Positions 1 to 10,234 of a stretch of DNA of 31,530 bases are shown one piece after another; the first letter of the stretch is position 1; each line of letters starts with the position of its first letter. The stretch covers positions 1 through 31,530 of the forward strand of contig JBGPAT010000001.1 of the NCBI GenBank assembly GCA_041480885.1, in the 5' to 3' direction. The DNA is from Anaerolineae bacterium (GTDB lineage: Bacteria > Chloroflexota > Anaerolineae > Anaerolineales > Villigracilaceae). A program made the position numbers and the translations under genes. The notes beneath the pieces are model-generated. The model was not told the DNA's origin, did no database searches, and saw only the letters and a program-made list of their open reading frames with translations.

Positions 1-2
1 AA

Positions 3-1571
3 GACGGGTTGGCTCGCGCCATGGATACGACGCGGTTGACCCCGTTACGCAGGCGCAACCCGAAAGTTGCGCGTCGTGTGGCGGCGGCCATCGAAAAGGC
101 AATGGCGGTAGACCCGGCAGACCGCTTCCAGACTGCCGAGGACTTCAAGACGTCTCTCCTGAGCGCAATCTCCCGCACGGAGCGCCCCCCCGGCGAGTTC
201 ACCGTTACTCCTCCGCCGGATGTCCCCTATCCTCCCGAGCAACTTCTTACAGGGACTGGTGGCCCGAGTCGCAAGGCTGCCATGGCCAACCTGCCAGAGC
301 TCGCCGTCGACACCGGCAAGCCCTTCGTGCCGGCCAGGCGCCGGAGTCGCAGTCCGGCATGGCTGCTGCTCCTCTTCATCTTGATAGTTGCCTCGGCTGA
401 CATGATCGTGTTGTTTCCGGAGGACGTGCCATCTAACGTCCGTGAATCGTTGCCATTCCTATTCCCGGCTCCAGCGTCGACGCCGACTGCCACGGTCCAC
501 GCCACTGCCTCCGAGTTTCCTACGGTTACTGCGCTGGCGCCGGCCGGCATCGTGGTTCGCACTGCTACTCTTGCGGCGACACCTACTTCTAAAGCGTCCC
601 CCACTTCCGCAGCGACAGCCTCGACGCGGGCCCTGAGCGCGCCTACCGCGACCGCAGGACCTTTGCGGCCTGCACCGGGAGGTGGTGCGGGCCAAATGGC
701 GTTTGCATCTGATCGGTCAGGAATTCCCCAGATCTACTTGGTCGATCTGAATGGAGGCACCGCTCTCCCCATCACCAACATGCCGAATGGCGCGTGCCAG
801 CCCTCGTGGTCGCCAGACGGGCGGCGCTTGGTTTTTGTGTCGCCGTGCCGGGTATCGCCAATGGGACGGCCGCCAGATATCTCCGAGGTTCCTTCGAAGA
901 ACACGGCACTGTACACCATGAATGCCGATGGCTCCGACCTGGTGGCTTTGCCGACCGTGCCCGGCGGAGATTCTGAGCCTGCCTGGTCACCGGACGGGAC
1001 ACGCATCGCCTTCACATCGATACGTGATGGGCCCGCCCTCATCTTTGTGCTCAACCTCGCAGATCAATCGGTGACGCGATTGACGGATCCGTCGCCTGAT
1101 TACGCCGCGGCTCGTCAATCGGCATGGTCGCCATTCTCGAATCAAATCGCGTTCTGCAAGAAGCGCGTCGATACCTACCAAATCTGGACTATGACCGATA
1201 ATGGCCAGGGTCAGCAACAAATCGCCGGGAACGGCCAGCTATTCTGGGACTACTCCCCCGCGTGGTCGCCGGACGGCAAATCCATTTCCTTTACTGAGCG
1301 CAACGCCTCGGGACCCGTGCTTCCCTGGGAAATGAACATCGCCTATGAAAAGCGCGACACGGCGAGCGCTTCCAGATTGAAACTCGGTCCGCTGCCCGTT
1401 GAAGATGCTCGCTTCTCACCGGACGGACTGTGGGTGGCATTTGAAAGCAAGAGCCCCGGGGAAAATCGCGACATATTCTACGCGACGATCACCGGGGACC
1501 AGCGGACGCGGGTCACCGCGGATCCAGGCATAGACTTCGACCCTGCTTGGCGGCCCGCAATAACGCCTTGA
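3..1571 (+). CDS. Ser/Thr protein kinase C-terminus + TM helix + Pro/Thr linker + TolB-like PD40 beta-propeller (5'-truncated by window edge)
   Basis: Frame is open from base 3. The N-terminal AIEKAMAVDPADRFQTAEDF resembles kinase subdomain XI, followed by the TM helix WLLLLFILIVASADMIVLF and repeated PSWSPDG/PAWSPDG/ARFSPDG PD40 motifs. Confidence 0.8.
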   Translation, partial: DGLARAMDTTRLTPLRRRNPKVARRVAAAIEKAMAVDPADRFQTAEDFKTSLLSAISRTERPPGEFTVTPPPDVPYPPEQLLTGTGGPSRKAAMANLPELAVDTGKPFVPARRRSRSPAWLLLLFILIVASADMIVLFPEDVPSNVRESLPFLFPAPASTPTATVHATASEFPTVTALAPAGIVVRTATLAATPTSKASPTSAATASTRALSAPTATAGPLRPAPGGGAGQMAFASDRSGIPQIYLVDLNGGTALPITNMPNGACQPSWSPDGRRLVFVSPCRVSPMGRPPDISEVPSKNTALYTMNADGSDLVALPTVPGGDSEPAWSPDGTRIAFTSIRDGPALIFVLNLADQSVTRLTDPSPDYAAARQSAWSPFSNQIAFCKKRVDTYQIWTMTDNGQGQQQIAGNGQLFWDYSPAWSPDGKSISFTERNASGPVLPWEMNIAYEKRDTASASRLKLGPLPVEDARFSPDGLWVAFESKSPGENRDIFYATITGDQRTRVTADPGIDFDPAWRPAITP

Positions 1572-1696
1572 AGTGGGCAATTCGCCGGGAAGGCGGGGGA
1601 AAGTCTTCTCCAAGGGACTCTAGCCAGACTTCACAGGAAGATGAGATCCATCGCGGCTCGCACGGCGAGCACGTGGCGTTTCTTACATTCCTCTTA

Positions 1697-1726
1697 TTGA
1701 CGCTCCCGTTCTCCGCATGATATTAT
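1697..1726 (+). promoter_or_regulatory. Sigma70-type promoter of hrcA operon
   Basis: TTGACG (1697-1702), N18, then TATTAT (1721-1726) with an extended -10 TG at 1718-1719, directly upstream of CIRCE. Confidence 0.7.
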
Positions 1727-1740
1727 TCAAATTGGGTGGA

Positions 1741-1765
1741 TGGCACTCTCATATTGAGAGTGCCA
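1741..1765. promoter_or_regulatory. CIRCE element (HrcA operator)
   Basis: TGGCACTC-TCATATTGA-GAGTGCCA matches TTAGCACTC-N9-GAGTGCTAA and lies 14 nt upstream of hrcA. Confidence 0.95.
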
Positions 1766-1779
1766 CGTTATGAAATGCC

Positions 1780-2817
1780 ATGACTGAACTCACCGAACGC
1801 CAAAAAGCGCTCTTGCTCGTCATCATACGGGAATACATTGACGCGGCACAGCCGGTCGGGTCTCAGAGGCTCGCGAATCGGTATCACCTTGATCTTTCGT
1901 CGGCCACCATTCGTCACGAGATGGCCGTGCTGACGGAAATGGGATATCTCAGCCAGCCATACACATCTGCTGGACGCGTGCCGACCGAAGAGGGTTATCG
2001 CTGCTTTGTGAGTTCAATGATGGATCAGGCAGAACTGCCCGAGTCGATCCAAAAGGGCATTTCACGCCAGTTCCAACAGGCGCGCCGCGGCGTGGACGAA
2101 TGGATGCATCTTGCAGCATCCGTGCTCGCCCATCAATCGCAGGGGGCTTCCATGATCACGGCACCCCGCTCAGACCGGCCCCACTACCAACATGTTGAAC
2201 TGATCTCGACGCAGGGCCGCCAGATACTGATGGTGCTGGTTCTTGTGGGAGGCGAAGTGTCTCAGCAGCTCTTGACCCTGGCAGACCCTGTAACTCAAGA
2301 GAGGCTCAGCCAGACTGCCTCGCGACTCAATGCGGTCCTCATGGGACGGACAGTCGACGACATCGGAGCCATGGAGACACGCACGGAGGCCCTCGAACAG
2401 GACGTCCTCATGCTCATCCTTGGTGAATTGCGTCGCGCCGGCGAAAGTAGCGCCGGCGAGATCTACACGGACGGCCTCACCAACGTCTTGGCGGAGCCCG
2501 AATTTGCCGAATCCGATACGGCACGTCGTGCCTTAAGAGTATTTGAGGAGCGGTCAACGCTGCAGGATTGGCTGGCCCGCACGACGCTGAACAGCGCTAT
2601 CGGCGGACTCCAAGTTCTCATCGGCGGCGAGGGGGGCTGGGAAGAGCTCAGCCAGTGCTCCATGGTGGTGGCGCGCTACGGCGTGCCTGGTTTGGCCACC
2701 GGGACTCTGGGCGTGCTTGGTCCCATGCGCATGCCATATGCCCGAACGATCCCGACGGTTCGTTTTGTGGCAGGTCTACTCAGCCATCTGGTCAATGAAC
2801 GAATTGCCGGCGCATAG
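1780..2817 (+). CDS. hrcA: Heat-inducible transcription repressor HrcA
   Basis: LTERQKALL..IIREYI..QPVGS and SSATIRHEMAVL..MGYL.QP.TSAGRVPT..GYR motifs, C-terminal GVLGPMRMPY, CIRCE upstream. Confidence 0.97.
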   Translation: MTELTERQKALLLVIIREYIDAAQPVGSQRLANRYHLDLSSATIRHEMAVLTEMGYLSQPYTSAGRVPTEEGYRCFVSSMMDQAELPESIQKGISRQFQQARRGVDEWMHLAASVLAHQSQGASMITAPRSDRPHYQHVELISTQGRQILMVLVLVGGEVSQQLLTLADPVTQERLSQTASRLNAVLMGRTVDDIGAMETRTEALEQDVLMLILGELRRAGESSAGEIYTDGLTNVLAEPEFAESDTARRALRVFEERSTLQDWLARTTLNSAIGGLQVLIGGEGGWEELSQCSMVVARYGVPGLATGTLGVLGPMRMPYARTIPTVRFVAGLLSHLVNERIAGA

Positions 2818-2854
2818 GCGCGACAATTCATTCCAGTACTTCGGGACCCCGTCC

Positions 2855-3433
2855 ATGACAGACAAGAAGCATCACAGACATTACGAGCATGCCGACGACG
2901 CTGTACCTGGAGCGGCGGAGACCACTGGCGACATCGCGCATCCGGATCAGGCCCAGCCGTCCGGGCCAAGCGAAGACCAACTCGACTCATTGAAGCAGAG
3001 TCTGGCAGAAGTCCAAGCCACCGCCGCCCAGAACTTGGACGGCTGGCAGCGCTCCGTAGCCGAATTCCAGAACTATAAGAAGCGCATCGAGCGCGATCGT
3101 GAGCTTGACCAGGCTGCGATGAAAGGGGATTTGATCAAGAAGGTGTTGCCTGTGCTGGATGATCTTGAACGCGCCCTGCAAAATCGCCCCACTGAAGACG
3201 CTTGGACCAACGGCATCGACCTAATTCAACGGAAGTTGCAGTCGATCCTGGAGGCCGAAGGAGCAAGACGCATTGAGGCGCAAGGCGAGGCTTTCGATCC
3301 GAGATTCCACGAGGCGATCTCGTACGAACCGGTGGACGGCGTCGAGAGCGGGCACGTGCTCGAAGTCGTCCAGAACGGCTATATGATCGGGGAACGCGTA
3401 ATCCGCCCAGCCATGGTCAGGGTGGCCAGATAG
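2855..3433 (+). CDS. grpE: Nucleotide exchange factor GrpE
   Basis: [31 protein letters not shown] and [16 protein letters not shown] motifs. Start moved to ATG 2855 because the ORF-track start overlaps hrcA. Confidence 0.96.
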   Translation: MTDKKHHRHYEHADDAVPGAAETTGDIAHPDQAQPSGPSEDQLDSLKQSLAEVQATAAQNLDGWQRSVAEFQNYKKRIERDRELDQAAMKGDLIKKVLPVLDDLERALQNRPTEDAWTNGIDLIQRKLQSILEAEGARRIEAQGEAFDPRFHEAISYEPVDGVESGHVLEVVQNGYMIGERVIRPAMVRVAR

Positions 3434-3518
3434 TTCTAGGCGGTGGCAGCACCGCCGCTCACGTATCGATTGTCATATATCCGATGCTGCCAGGCGATAT
3501 CCTGCAGGCGAGGCATTC

Positions 3519-5402
3519 ATGGGCAAGATAATTGGGATAGATTTGGGCACGACCAACTCCGTCGTGGCGGTGATGCAGGGCGGTGAACCCCTCGTAATCC
3601 CGTCCTCGGAGGGAGAGCGGCTGGTCCCCTCGGTGGTAGCGGTCAACAAGAATCACGAACGGCTCGTGGGGCGGGTGGCGCGCAACCAGGCGATCATCAA
3701 CGCGCAGAATACCATATTCTCCATCAAGCGTTTCATGGGCCGCAAGTCGGACGATCCGGAAGTGGAACGGACTAGACCACGCGTGCCCTATGAAGTCGAC
3801 CGAGCACCCAACGGTGACGTCCTGGTCAGGCTTGACGGCCGGGAGTTCAGCCCCCCGGAGGTCTCGGCAATGATCCTGGCCAAGATGAGGGCCGACGCCG
3901 AGGCCTTTCTTGGTGAGTCAGTCACGCAGGCGGTCATCACCGTGCCTGCCTATTTCAATGATGCACAGCGTAACGCGACCAAGGATGCCGGGAAGATCGC
4001 CGGCCTTGAAGTGCTGCGCATCATCAACGAGCCGACAGCATCGTCTCTTGCATACGGTCTTGACAAGAAGAAGAATGAAGTGATCGCGGTCTATGACCTG
4101 GGCGGCGGGACTTTCGATATTTCTGTGCTGGAGGTCGGCGATGGCGTGTTCCAGGTGCGTTCGACCAGCGGTGACACCTTCCTTGGCGGGGATGACTTTG
4201 ACCAGCGCATTATGGACCTTCTTGCCGACGAATTCCAAAAAGACAACGGCATCGATCTGCGAACTGACCGCCAAGCCTTGCAGCGCCTGAAGGAGGCGGC
4301 CGAAAAAGCGAAAATAGAGCTCTCGAGCATGATGCAGACCGAGATTAATCTGCCGTACATCACGGCGGATGCTAACGGACCGAAGCATCTCGTCACGACC
4401 TTGACACGCGCCAAGCTCGAGCAGCTCACCGGAGACCTCGTTGATCGTACGATCGCGCCGTTGAAACAAGCCCTGGGCGACGCCAGCTTGAAACCCGCCG
4501 ATATTGACGAAATTGTTATGGTCGGCGGCATGACGCGCATGCCGGCGGTGCAAGATCGCGTTCGAGCATTCTTTGGAAAGGAGCCCCACAAAGGCGTCAA
4601 CCCGGACGAAGTTGTTGCAGTCGGCGCGGCCATTCAGGCCGGCGTCCTGGGTGGCGAAGTAAAAGATATCCTGCTGCTCGACGTGACACCGCTTACCCTT
4701 GCGATCGAGACGTTGGGAGCGGTCGCCACACCCCAGATTGAACGCAACACCACCATACCCACGCGCCGCAGCCAGACCTTCTCGACCGCGAGTGACAGTC
4801 AGACGCAGGTCGGAATTCATGTGCTGCAGGGCGAGCGTCCAATGGCTGCGGACAACAAATCCCTCGGCAAGTTCAGTCTGGATGGAATCCCGCCTGCACC
4901 AAGAGGCGTTCCGCAAATTGAAGTGACATTTGATATCGATGCCAATGGCATCCTGAACGTCACTGCCAAGGACAAGGCGACCGGACGGAGCCAACACATT
5001 ACCATCACCGCATCCTCTGGCCTTTCCGACACCGAAGTGGAAAAGATGCGGCGGGACGCCGAGGCTCACTCGGAGGAAGACCGCAAGCGCAAGGAACTCA
5101 TCGAAACCCGTAATCATGCAGACAATACGATCTACGCTGCTGAAAAGGCGCTCAAGGATTTCGGTGAGAAAGTGCCCCCGGAGCTAAAATCTGAGATTGA
5201 GGCCAAAATTGCAGACGCCCGCAGCAAGACGGAAAGCGAAGACGTTGCAGCGATCAAGACTGCGAGCGAGGCCCTGGGGCAGGCGATCCAGACGATTGGT
5301 GCCAGTGTCTACCAGCAGCCCGATACTCCGGCTGGCGAGTCTGGTGAGTCAAAAGAAGCCAAACCTGGCCCGGATGTAGTAGATGGGGAAGTCAAGGAAT
5401 AG
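3519..5402 (+). CDS. dnaK: Molecular chaperone DnaK
   Basis: [27 protein letters not shown] and [16 protein letters not shown] motifs. Confidence 0.99.
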   Translation: MGKIIGIDLGTTNSVVAVMQGGEPLVIPSSEGERLVPSVVAVNKNHERLVGRVARNQAIINAQNTIFSIKRFMGRKSDDPEVERTRPRVPYEVDRAPNGDVLVRLDGREFSPPEVSAMILAKMRADAEAFLGESVTQAVITVPAYFNDAQRNATKDAGKIAGLEVLRIINEPTASSLAYGLDKKKNEVIAVYDLGGGTFDISVLEVGDGVFQVRSTSGDTFLGGDDFDQRIMDLLADEFQKDNGIDLRTDRQALQRLKEAAEKAKIELSSMMQTEINLPYITADANGPKHLVTTLTRAKLEQLTGDLVDRTIAPLKQALGDASLKPADIDEIVMVGGMTRMPAVQDRVRAFFGKEPHKGVNPDEVVAVGAAIQAGVLGGEVKDILLLDVTPLTLAIETLGAVATPQIERNTTIPTRRSQTFSTASDSQTQVGIHVLQGERPMAADNKSLGKFSLDGIPPAPRGVPQIEVTFDIDANGILNVTAKDKATGRSQHITITASSGLSDTEVEKMRRDAEAHSEEDRKRKELIETRNHADNTIYAAEKALKDFGEKVPPELKSEIEAKIADARSKTESEDVAAIKTASEALGQAIQTIGASVYQQPDTPAGESGESKEAKPGPDVVDGEVKE

Positions 5403-5490
5403 ATAGAAGCAAATAGAAACGGGGCAATCGGGAGTGGAAGCCGCTCGAGAGCGCACGGCGGCGGCCTCATCTCTCGCCTTTCTGTGAAGC

Positions 5491-6609
5491 ATGACTGACC
5501 GAGATTTCTACGATGTTCTGGGGGTGGGTCGGAACGCCAACGACGATGAGATCAAAGCAGCGTTCCGCAAGTTGGCGCGCCAGTACCACCCGGATGTGAA
5601 CAAAGCACCGGACGCCGAAGAGAATTTCAAGGAAATCAACGAGGCCTACGGTGTCCTCTCCGACGCCGATAAGCGCGTTCGGTATGACCGATTTGGTCGA
5701 GCCGGACTTGGCAACATGGGGGGCTTCCACGATTACACAATGGACTTCGCCGATATCTTCGACGAACTGTTCGGTCAATTCGGGTTCTCCACGGGTCGGA
5801 GCGCCCGGCGCGCACCGCGTCGCGGACGGGATCTCCAGCTGGGTGTGACCCTCACATTCAAGGAAGCCGTCTTCGGAGCCGACAAGGAGATCGACTTTGA
5901 GCGCGAAGAGCCTTGTTCTCGCTGCAAAGGATCTGGTGCGGAACCCGGCACGTCGCCCACGCGTTGCGCCACCTGCGGCGGACAGGGTGAAATCCGTCAG
6001 GTGCGCCAGACGATTCTTGGTCAGATGATGCAGACCACAACGTGCCCCACCTGTTCGGGACGTGGCGAGGTGATTTCTGAGCTGTGCCACACATGTCGCG
6101 GCGGGGGTTTGGAGCGCAAGACCGTCCACAAGAGAGTTGAAGTTCCGCCCGGAGTCGACTCGGGGACTCAAATCCGCTTGGCGGGCGAAGGTGGTCCGGG
6201 CTCTTTGGGAGGACCGAATGGGAATCTATTCCTCTTGCTGGATGTCCAACCCCATAAGTTCTTCAAGCGTCGCGAAAACGATATTCTGCTGAATCTCGAC
6301 ATTAACCTGGCGCAGGCCACTTTGGGGGCGGAGATTTCGGTACCGACACTGGACGGCGATGAGAAGCTGAAGATCCCGCCTGCCACTCAGCCGGGCAAGG
6401 TCTTCCACATAAGGGGCAAAGGCGTACCCCATCTGCGAAGAAAAGACCATCGCGGCGACCAACTCGTGATCGTAAATGTGGAAATCCCTTCGAAGCTGAC
6501 AAAGGAACAGCGCGAGCTATTCGAAAAGCTGGCGGCAACGCTGGGCAGTGCCGTGAAGCCAAAGGAGAAGGGTTTCCTGGACTGGTTGAACGAAGCGCTC
6601 GGCGGATGA
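5491..6609 (+). CDS. dnaJ: Molecular chaperone DnaJ
   Basis: J-domain with HPD, G/F region and four CxxCxGxG repeats. Confidence 0.98.
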   Translation: MTDRDFYDVLGVGRNANDDEIKAAFRKLARQYHPDVNKAPDAEENFKEINEAYGVLSDADKRVRYDRFGRAGLGNMGGFHDYTMDFADIFDELFGQFGFSTGRSARRAPRRGRDLQLGVTLTFKEAVFGADKEIDFEREEPCSRCKGSGAEPGTSPTRCATCGGQGEIRQVRQTILGQMMQTTTCPTCSGRGEVISELCHTCRGGGLERKTVHKRVEVPPGVDSGTQIRLAGEGGPGSLGGPNGNLFLLLDVQPHKFFKRRENDILLNLDINLAQATLGAEISVPTLDGDEKLKIPPATQPGKVFHIRGKGVPHLRRKDHRGDQLVIVNVEIPSKLTKEQRELFEKLAATLGSAVKPKEKGFLDWLNEALGG

Positions 6610-6637
6610 TTGCAGTTGTTCGCTCGTCCCAGTGGCG

Positions 6638-7576
6638 TCAGCCTGCTTGATCGTAGCGGATCGGCTCAACGTCGCGCGGACTCCCCTCTATGGCGTGTGT
6701 CCCATGGGGATAGTAGAAAGTCTGGCGCAATTGCGGCGTCATTGGGCTGGAATGCCGATAGCCCTGATACGTTCCCCAAAATTGCATGGTTCGGAACCAA
6801 AAGATTGAGACAGCGTTCTGCAGCAGCCGGCGCCGACGAACTGCATCCAACAAATCGCTGAGGACATTCGAGGCAGCCAGACGCACCAAGTCATAGACAC
6901 TGAAGTGAGACTCGGCAAAAATCCTCTTGAATGCCATGGCTTCCCGGCAGTAACGATCATAGACCCGGTGAGGCGTCTCGTTGTGGGTATGAATGACCTC
7001 GGCCCGGGCGGCGTAGGAGACATGGTAGCCTTGTTCAAGAGCCCACTTGGCCCAGGCAACGTCTTCCAAGCCTGTCAGGGTCTCATCGTATGAATGCTTC
7101 AGCCAGAGGCTCCGCCTGATGACGGCATTCGCGTTGTTGCAGAACGGGCTCGATTGGTGAGTCACGTCCGCCTCAGGAAACCATTGGTGAAAGATTCGCT
7201 GCTCGGAGAATTTGGATGCCCCCGGGCCGCGTTGCTTGCCGTACACCACGGCAATGCGATCGTCCTGCAGCGGACTCAGCAGGCAAGCGAGCCAATCTGG
7301 ATATACAGGGTGAACGTGTGCGCTGGCAATAACCACGTACTCGCGACTCGCGGCCTGCAAGCCCAGATTGAGAGAGCGCCCAAAGCTGAATTCGCTTGGC
7401 GGAATATGCACCGCGCTGGCGCCGTACTGTCGTGCGAGGTCGACAGTCGAATCGGTCGAACCCGAGTCTACGAGGATGACTTCTGCGTCCGGGATGGTTT
7501 GACGAGTGATGCCCTCCAACAGACGCCCAAGATGCTTTGATTCATTGTAGGCGCGGACAACAATCGAACACTGCAT
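6638..7576 (-). CDS. Glycosyltransferase family 2 (rhamnosyltransferase-like)
   Basis: SIVVRAYNE, VILVDSGSTD, GLEDVAW motifs. Start placed at MQCSIVV (7576). Confidence 0.88.
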   Translation of the reverse strand: MQCSIVVRAYNESKHLGRLLEGITRQTIPDAEVILVDSGSTDSTVDLARQYGASAVHIPPSEFSFGRSLNLGLQAASREYVVIASAHVHPVYPDWLACLLSPLQDDRIAVVYGKQRGPGASKFSEQRIFHQWFPEADVTHQSSPFCNNANAVIRRSLWLKHSYDETLTGLEDVAWAKWALEQGYHVSYAARAEVIHTHNETPHRVYDRYCREAMAFKRIFAESHFSVYDLVRLAASNVLSDLLDAVRRRRLLQNAVSIFWFRTMQFWGTYQGYRHSSPMTPQLRQTFYYPHGTHAIEGSPRDVEPIRYDQAG

Positions 7577-7831
7577 GATCGAGCAAGTATAGCGGGAGTT
7601 TTGCGGTTTGGCAGGCGAGCCTCTGGTGCCAAGTGACACGCGCTGCCTCGTGAGCGGCCCCGCCCCTTCACCCAATCAGGCTGCAAGTCGGGGGACACGG
7701 CTGAAAGCCAAGCATCCGATAAACAAATCTCTCATCTTACCTTTGCTGCGTGTCCCAAAGGCGCCTGTGCGGTGCAAGCACCAGTGCCGGACGAACTCCC
7801 GGCCTGCGCAGCTGGGTGGCACGGCGATGAG

Positions 7832-7858
7832 AACGAGTGACGTGGCACGTCACTCGTT
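7832..7858. repeat. Perfect inverted repeat, 13-bp arms, 1-nt spacer
   Basis: AACGAGTGACGTG-G-CACGTCACTCGTT between the methyltransferase and GT2 genes. Confidence 0.85.
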
Positions 7859-7888
7859 GTGCATATAGAGTCTTGTCCCACTTTCCCA

Positions 7889-8800
7889 CTACATCATGGG
7901 CTGTCGGAAGTCAAAGATACCACCCTGGAAACCCCACTTCCGCTCGCAGTTGCCGCATTGTAAACAACTCTGCATGGCATGGAGTGGTGAATGTCCACAT
8001 TCAGGGCATTTGAAGAATTCGACTATCTTCGTGGGGGGAGCCGCGGCTTCCCATCCCTCATTTCTGATCCCAGCGCGAACGAAGATGCTGGGCGTCAATT
8101 GCCAGACGGTGCCCAGCTGCTGAAGGAACGAATCCAACAGCACCAGAGCCGGGAGCGGAACAACGCGTTTCAAGATCCTCACACGGAAATATGACACTGC
8201 CAGTGTGCGTTCGATCCGGAAACCCAAGCTCGTCAGCCATTCCCGGACGGCCGCGGGATGAAAATCGAAATTCAGCTTGGCGAACTCCACGGGCTCGCGG
8301 GTGAACGGGCTCCACTTCTGCATTCCCATCGAATAGCGCAGGATCGCCTTGAGGTTGAGCTTGTTTGCAAATTCAAGTATGAGAACCGCGTCATACCCTA
8401 AGACGCTCCGCACCTGCCCCAGCACCTTTGGCGCGTCGGCCATATGGTGCAGGACACGGATCATCGTGGCGGCATCAAACAACCCCGCGACGAACGGCAG
8501 GCGGTACGCATCGGCGGCAACATATACGTATTTGTCCGATCCGCCAAGCCGGGCTTGCGCCTGCTGTAGCTGAGTGCGAGAGTAGTCCAGCAGCACGATC
8601 CTGTCAAAACTCGTGTAGCGCAGGGTGTTGCGTCCCGCGCCCGCGCCAATTTCCAGCAGGAGGCGGCCACTCTTGGGCAACAGGCGCTTCAACGCAATTG
8701 CTTCAACGCGATCTTCATACTCGCGTCCCCCTTGATCCCAAAACGATGACTGGTAGTCGGAGCCTTCGTAATCACAGACTGGGGGATTCGGCATGGACAC
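7889..8800 (-). CDS. Class I SAM-dependent methyltransferase with C-terminal Cys4 zinc-ribbon-like tail
   Basis: LLEIGAGAGR motif I, VLLDYS, ADAYRLPF, IRVLHH. The C-terminus carries CPECG...CGNC. Confidence 0.88.
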   Translation of the reverse strand: MSMPNPPVCDYEGSDYQSSFWDQGGREYEDRVEAIALKRLLPKSGRLLLEIGAGAGRNTLRYTSFDRIVLLDYSRTQLQQAQARLGGSDKYVYVAADAYRLPFVAGLFDAATMIRVLHHMADAPKVLGQVRSVLGYDAVLILEFANKLNLKAILRYSMGMQKWSPFTREPVEFAKLNFDFHPAAVREWLTSLGFRIERTLAVSYFRVRILKRVVPLPALVLLDSFLQQLGTVWQLTPSIFVRAGIRNEGWEAAAPPTKIVEFFKCPECGHSPLHAMQSCLQCGNCERKWGFQGGIFDFRQPMM

Positions 8801-10108
8801 TCAATGACCGTGTGAGCCGCGCCCAATCGCTCTATACGTGAAGCCTTTCTCCTCCATCAAACTCGGATCGTAGATATTGCGGCCATCGAAAATGACGGGC
8901 TTCTTGAGCACAGATTTGAGCCGGTCCAGGTCGAGTTGCTTGAACTCGTTCCACTCCGTCACGACCATCACGGCATCGCAACCCGCGGCCATTTCGTACG
9001 GATCTGTGTACATCTCTACGGCCGGCAACATCGGTCGCGCCACCTCAATTGCCACCGGGTCGTAGCCCCGGACGAGGGCGCCTGCCTTGAGCAGGTGTTC
9101 AACAATATCGATGGATGGAGCCTCGCGCATGTCATCGGTATTCGGTTTGAATGCCAGACCGAACAACCCAACGGTCTTCCCCTTCAACCCGCCGACCATT
9201 TCGTCGATGTGCCGGACAGCCTCAGTGCGACGATCGTAGTTGACAATCGTGGCCGACTCCAGTATGCGCGGAGTCAGGCCGTTTTCCCTGGCCATATACG
9301 CTAGGGCCTTTACGTCCTTGGGAAAGCAGGATCCTCCCCAACCGAGGCCGGCATCCAAAAAATGGCGGCCTATGCGCGCGTCGTAGCCCATGCCAGCCGC
9401 GACCTCTTTTATGTCGGCGCCCACACACTCGCACAGGTCGGCGAGTTCATTCATGAAAGAGATCTTCGTTGCCAGAAATGCGTTGGAAGCGTACTTGATC
9501 ATCTCTGCGGTGCGCAAGTCCGTGATAACGATTGGGGCCCGCAATGGCAGGTGCAATTGGGCCACCTGCTCTGCAGCCTCACGGTGCAGGGAACCGATCA
9601 CCGTGCGATGGGGACTCATGAAATCTCCAATGGCCGAACCTTCGCGCAAGAACTCGGGGCACGAGACAACGGAAAAAGCCACCTCACGCGGCTGGGCGCC
9701 TCTCACGATGTCGGCCACCCAGTCGCCGGTGCCTATCGGTACGGTCGACTTGTTAATGATGACGAGTGGTTGGTTCATGTTGATGGCAATGCTTTTTGCG
9801 GCCGCCGCCACATATTGCAGGTCGGCCTCACCGTTCACACCAGACGGCGTTCCCACCGCAATAAAGGCAAACTGAGCGCCCTTCAAGGCCTCTGCATAGG
9901 AGGTTGTGAATGATAGCCGGCCCGCCTTGACATTGCGCTTCACGAGCTCATCCAGACCCGGCTCGTAGATTGGGAGAATGCCTTTGTTCAAATTCTCAAT
10001 GCGTTTCGCGTCCACATCCAGCGCCACTACTTTATTACCCAAGTCTGCAAAACAAGCGCCGGTCACCAAGCCGACATAGCCCACTCCCACAACGCAGATC
10101 TGTTTCAT
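8801..10108 (-). CDS. ugd: UDP-glucose 6-dehydrogenase
   Basis: GVGYVG Rossmann motif, [15 protein letters not shown], catalytic [21 protein letters not shown]. Confidence 0.95.
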   Translation of the reverse strand: MKQICVVGVGYVGLVTGACFADLGNKVVALDVDAKRIENLNKGILPIYEPGLDELVKRNVKAGRLSFTTSYAEALKGAQFAFIAVGTPSGVNGEADLQYVAAAAKSIAINMNQPLVIINKSTVPIGTGDWVADIVRGAQPREVAFSVVSCPEFLREGSAIGDFMSPHRTVIGSLHREAAEQVAQLHLPLRAPIVITDLRTAEMIKYASNAFLATKISFMNELADLCECVGADIKEVAAGMGYDARIGRHFLDAGLGWGGSCFPKDVKALAYMARENGLTPRILESATIVNYDRRTEAVRHIDEMVGGLKGKTVGLFGLAFKPNTDDMREAPSIDIVEHLLKAGALVRGYDPVAIEVARPMLPAVEMYTDPYEMAAGCDAVMVVTEWNEFKQLDLDRLKSVLKKPVIFDGRNIYDPSLMEEKGFTYRAIGRGSHGH

Positions 10109-10234
10109 TTAGTACCTCTTCCGGCAACGCCGCATGCAAGGCCGGGCTGAGCGCGGCCTATCCCATCCCAGCAGCGAAGTTCACCAATGATACTACGACC
10201 AACTGGCACGGGCAACTTCTGGTATATTGACATC

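Noticed and set aside
3918-5117. 399-aa ORF antisense to dnaK
   Set aside because: Well-known shadow ORF opposite dnaK, with no RBS or independent motif.
5920-6110. CXXC motifs in DnaJ, the methyltransferase and the zinc-ribbon protein as heme sites
   Set aside because: They are not followed by His and are cytoplasmic zinc-binding patterns.
5467-6171. 234-aa ORF antisense to dnaJ
   Set aside because: Entirely overlaps dnaJ; GC-rich shadow frame.
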